Position numbers and translations under genes: made by a program
Shown here: piece by piece, positions 62,701 to 64,000 of the stretch
Layout of the letters: each line of letters begins with the position of its first letter
How positions within the stretch are numbered: the first letter of the stretch is position 1
NCBI GenBank assembly: GCA_965216875.1
Contig: OZ244207.1
Coordinates: 3,904,001-3,968,000, forward strand
Reading direction: 5' to 3'
From: Rubripirellula sp.
Lineage (GTDB): Bacteria; Planctomycetota; Planctomycetia; Pirellulales; Pirellulaceae
DNA: 64,000 bases
Notes under the pieces: generated by a model
Database searches by the model: none
What the model was told of the DNA's origin: nothing
Seen by the model: only the letters and a program-made list of their open reading frames with translations

Positions 62701-64000
62701 GAAGTCCCGACAAAGAGATCAAGATCGCCATCCAAATCAAAGTCGCCAGACGTGACGGCATAGGAAAACCCTGACTGCAGCGTTTGACTCGTAAACGTGC
62801 CTCCATTGTTCTCGACCCAGACCACACCGTCATTTCCCGTCACAAAGACGTCGAGGTCGCCGTCGCGATCGGCGTCGACCGGTTCAACATCCAAAACGTT
62901 CGCGATCGCAATAATCGACGTATCGACAAAGGTCCCGCCGCCTTGGTTGACGAAAAGGTGAAGCGTGTCATCGTTTTCCGAATGGGCGAGAATGTCGATG
63001 TCACCATCGCGATCAAAATCGAGTGGTTCACTCAAATCGAGTGACAAGCTGTTGGCATCGATCAAGCGTTCGGTAAATTGGCCGCCGATGTTTTCGTACC
63101 AACTGAATCGCGACGAGGTTCCGACGATCAAGTCTTGGTCGCCATCGGCATCGATATCGGCAACCGCAATGTCACGCACGCCAAAGATGCTGGTGATCTC
63201 ATTTTCAGTGAACTGACCGGTCCCATCGTTTTCCCACCACGCAACCCGCGCTCGTGAGTTACTCGGGATCACGATGTCGACATCTCCGTCACCGTCCATG
63301 TCGGCTGGAAAAGTCCGCTGCCCGCCGCCATTTGAAACGACAATCGATTGCTCGGCAAAGAAACTTGACGAAGGATCGGGTGGAGTGACCGTGACCAAGT
63401 GATCCTCGACCTCGCCATCCACCGCGTCACCAATAAAGCCGAGATCACCCGCCGAACTGAGGCGAAATCTTGCCGCCAACGCACCGTCGACGGCATCCGC
63501 GGGAACATCAAACAGGATTGAGTTGCTTCCGTTGACGACGGCGACCGAATCGGCAATCTGTTCGCCAGCGCCTCCCCAAAAGCCATCGTTGTCAAAGTCA
63601 ATCCACGCGTCGAGCAACGCGCCCGAGGGTGCGTTTTGGACATCGACCTCGATCACTGCGTTCTGTTGCCCTGGCTGGATCGAAACAACCGTGATGGCTT
63701 CTTCGTCATCGATTCCGGTCAAGTCATCCGAATCAAAGTTGGCCGAGGGCACGCCTGCGAATTCGATATCACGGGCTCCAAGCGAGGGGCCCTTTGCCTC
63801 GTGCCGTGGCCCTTGGTCGGCAACCGCTGTCGGGTAAGGCGCGGCCGCGTCGCCGAAGTCATGCCCTTCGTTGACATGGAAGTTCCAATGCGTCTTGTCC
63901 GTGATGCCACCGAACGGCAATCCCGTCGCATCTTCGATCGCTCCCGCATCGACAACGACGTAGTATTCCGTCTGCAATTCAAACGAGGCATTTAGATCGA
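59766..64000 (-). CDS. Large surface protein with Ig-like, GEVED and FG-GAP propeller domains and a dockerin-like C-terminus (5' end outside the window)
   Basis: GEVEDH twice and many D.D.DGD.D and FG.SVA repeats. The frame stays open to the window edge (..DLNASFELQTEYY). Confidence 0.92.
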   Translation of the reverse strand, partial: DLNASFELQTEYYVVVDAGAIEDATGLPFGGITDKTHWNFHVNEGHDFGDAAAPYPTAVADQGPRHEAKGPSLGARDIEFAGVPSANFDSDDLTGIDDEEAITVVSIQPGQQNAVIEVDVQNAPSGALLDAWIDFDNDGFWGGAGEQIADSVAVVNGSNSILFDVPADAVDGALAARFRLSSAGDLGFIGDAVDGEVEDHLVTVTPPDPSSSFFAEQSIVVSNGGGQRTFPADMDGDGDVDIVIPSNSRARVAWWENDGTGQFTENEITSIFGVRDIAVADIDADGDQDLIVGTSSRFSWYENIGGQFTERLIDANSLSLDLSEPLDFDRDGDIDILAHSENDDTLHLFVNQGGGTFVDTSIIAIANVLDVEPVDADRDGDLDVFVTGNDGVVWVENNGGTFTSQTLQSGFSYAVTSGDFDLDGDLDLFVGTSSRTQLFNNDGSNNYTVMTVGNDWGVHFETADLDGDGDLDVLGEGVGDRQAFGFWRNEGGGAFTPITLGEEYLASIEAADFDLDGDLDVVARFGSQSFSWFLNVDTPEPEVTGLFPVDGTRFAPVDTSLVLTLNNPAQKGSGNITVHLASDDSVVETVDVNSAAVTVSGTSLTIDLTNNLVSETEYYVLFDDGVIEDAAGFPVAGLLNSTDWNFATIGEGVDYGDAPDLASGTGVGDYRTTLADNGPSHVLTGGLVIGRAIDGDDGSLQNTAATADDLDHSTSDEDGLSVVPGLSFTAGTSPAVTVTVTNQTANAATLYGWLDANRDGEFELTERTEVAVPAGTLLQAVSLSFSAIPGNVFGASYLRLRLGQDVASQSPIGPSDAGEVEDHAVQIHSPTDGTIEDVALIAEQTGGGPVLARNDNFGRSVAPLGDFDGDGINDIVIGADSYDDGADQNVGAVFITLLNADGTAKSTIPITGSTSSLPIEASSMLGSGVANIGDFDNDGVTDLAVLSGATVESTRDALHILLMNADGSIKSSTTSNLETAAGLLHTADSVANIGDLNNDGVTDLAVGAAVHYHNGSPVGGVFVLFMNADGTVNDHALISNNTGGGPALQNFWSFGQSVAGIGDLDGDSIPDMVIGSVGDATFHPWAGAVYVALMNRDGSARELQKIDPANGGPTLERNDYFGYSVAHAGDLDGDGKPEILVGSRGYDSSRGRVYVFSLNADGTVASTSSYESGVGGMPTLDTSDQFGSSVAVIGDINHDGAVDLAIGARIETGASERAGGVYVISLAPPPRPLGVEQVVIDDGTEQRSTVREIRVHFDGEATIDPGAFELSNGDDQAVDVNATTEIVDGKTIATLTFSGAQVDAYGSLLDANYTLTLLDTHIRDGNGDAFDGDGDGTSGGSHVDDFYRLYGDITGNRHVDLFDFAQFRNSYNRPSSDPNFVAGFDQDGNELINLFDFAAFRNNFGDQMPE

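Overview
GC-rich bacterial chromosome segment, most likely a Pirellulaceae planctomycete. The evidence is an LExRxLLA Planc_extracel-type leader, SHD1, DUF1570 and DUF1598 proteins, a short 5S rRNA and a 23S gene unlinked from 16S. Housekeeping genes are gltA, a phoH/7TM-HD/ybeY/CorC block, cdsA, uppS, purA, gnd, fabI and ate/bpt. There is a tRNA-Ile/tRNA-Ala/23S/5S cluster with no 16S gene and its own promoters. Large exported proteins include a 2790-aa TPR/alpha-2-macroglobulin, an LTD/CotH protein, a truncated FG-GAP/GEVED protein, a DUF11 protein and two DUF1598 paralogs. Many intergenic spaces are mosaics of about ten short palindromic REP/REPIN-like families. I found no transposase, CRISPR array, prophage or recognisable defence system. 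The best leads are the thioester-less macroglobulin with duplicated TPR modules, the REP mosaics (two REPs supply stop codons), the autonomous 23S-5S unit, and a possible attenuator in front of an unlisted 59-aa ORF. All family assignments come from motif recognition by eye, not from database searches.
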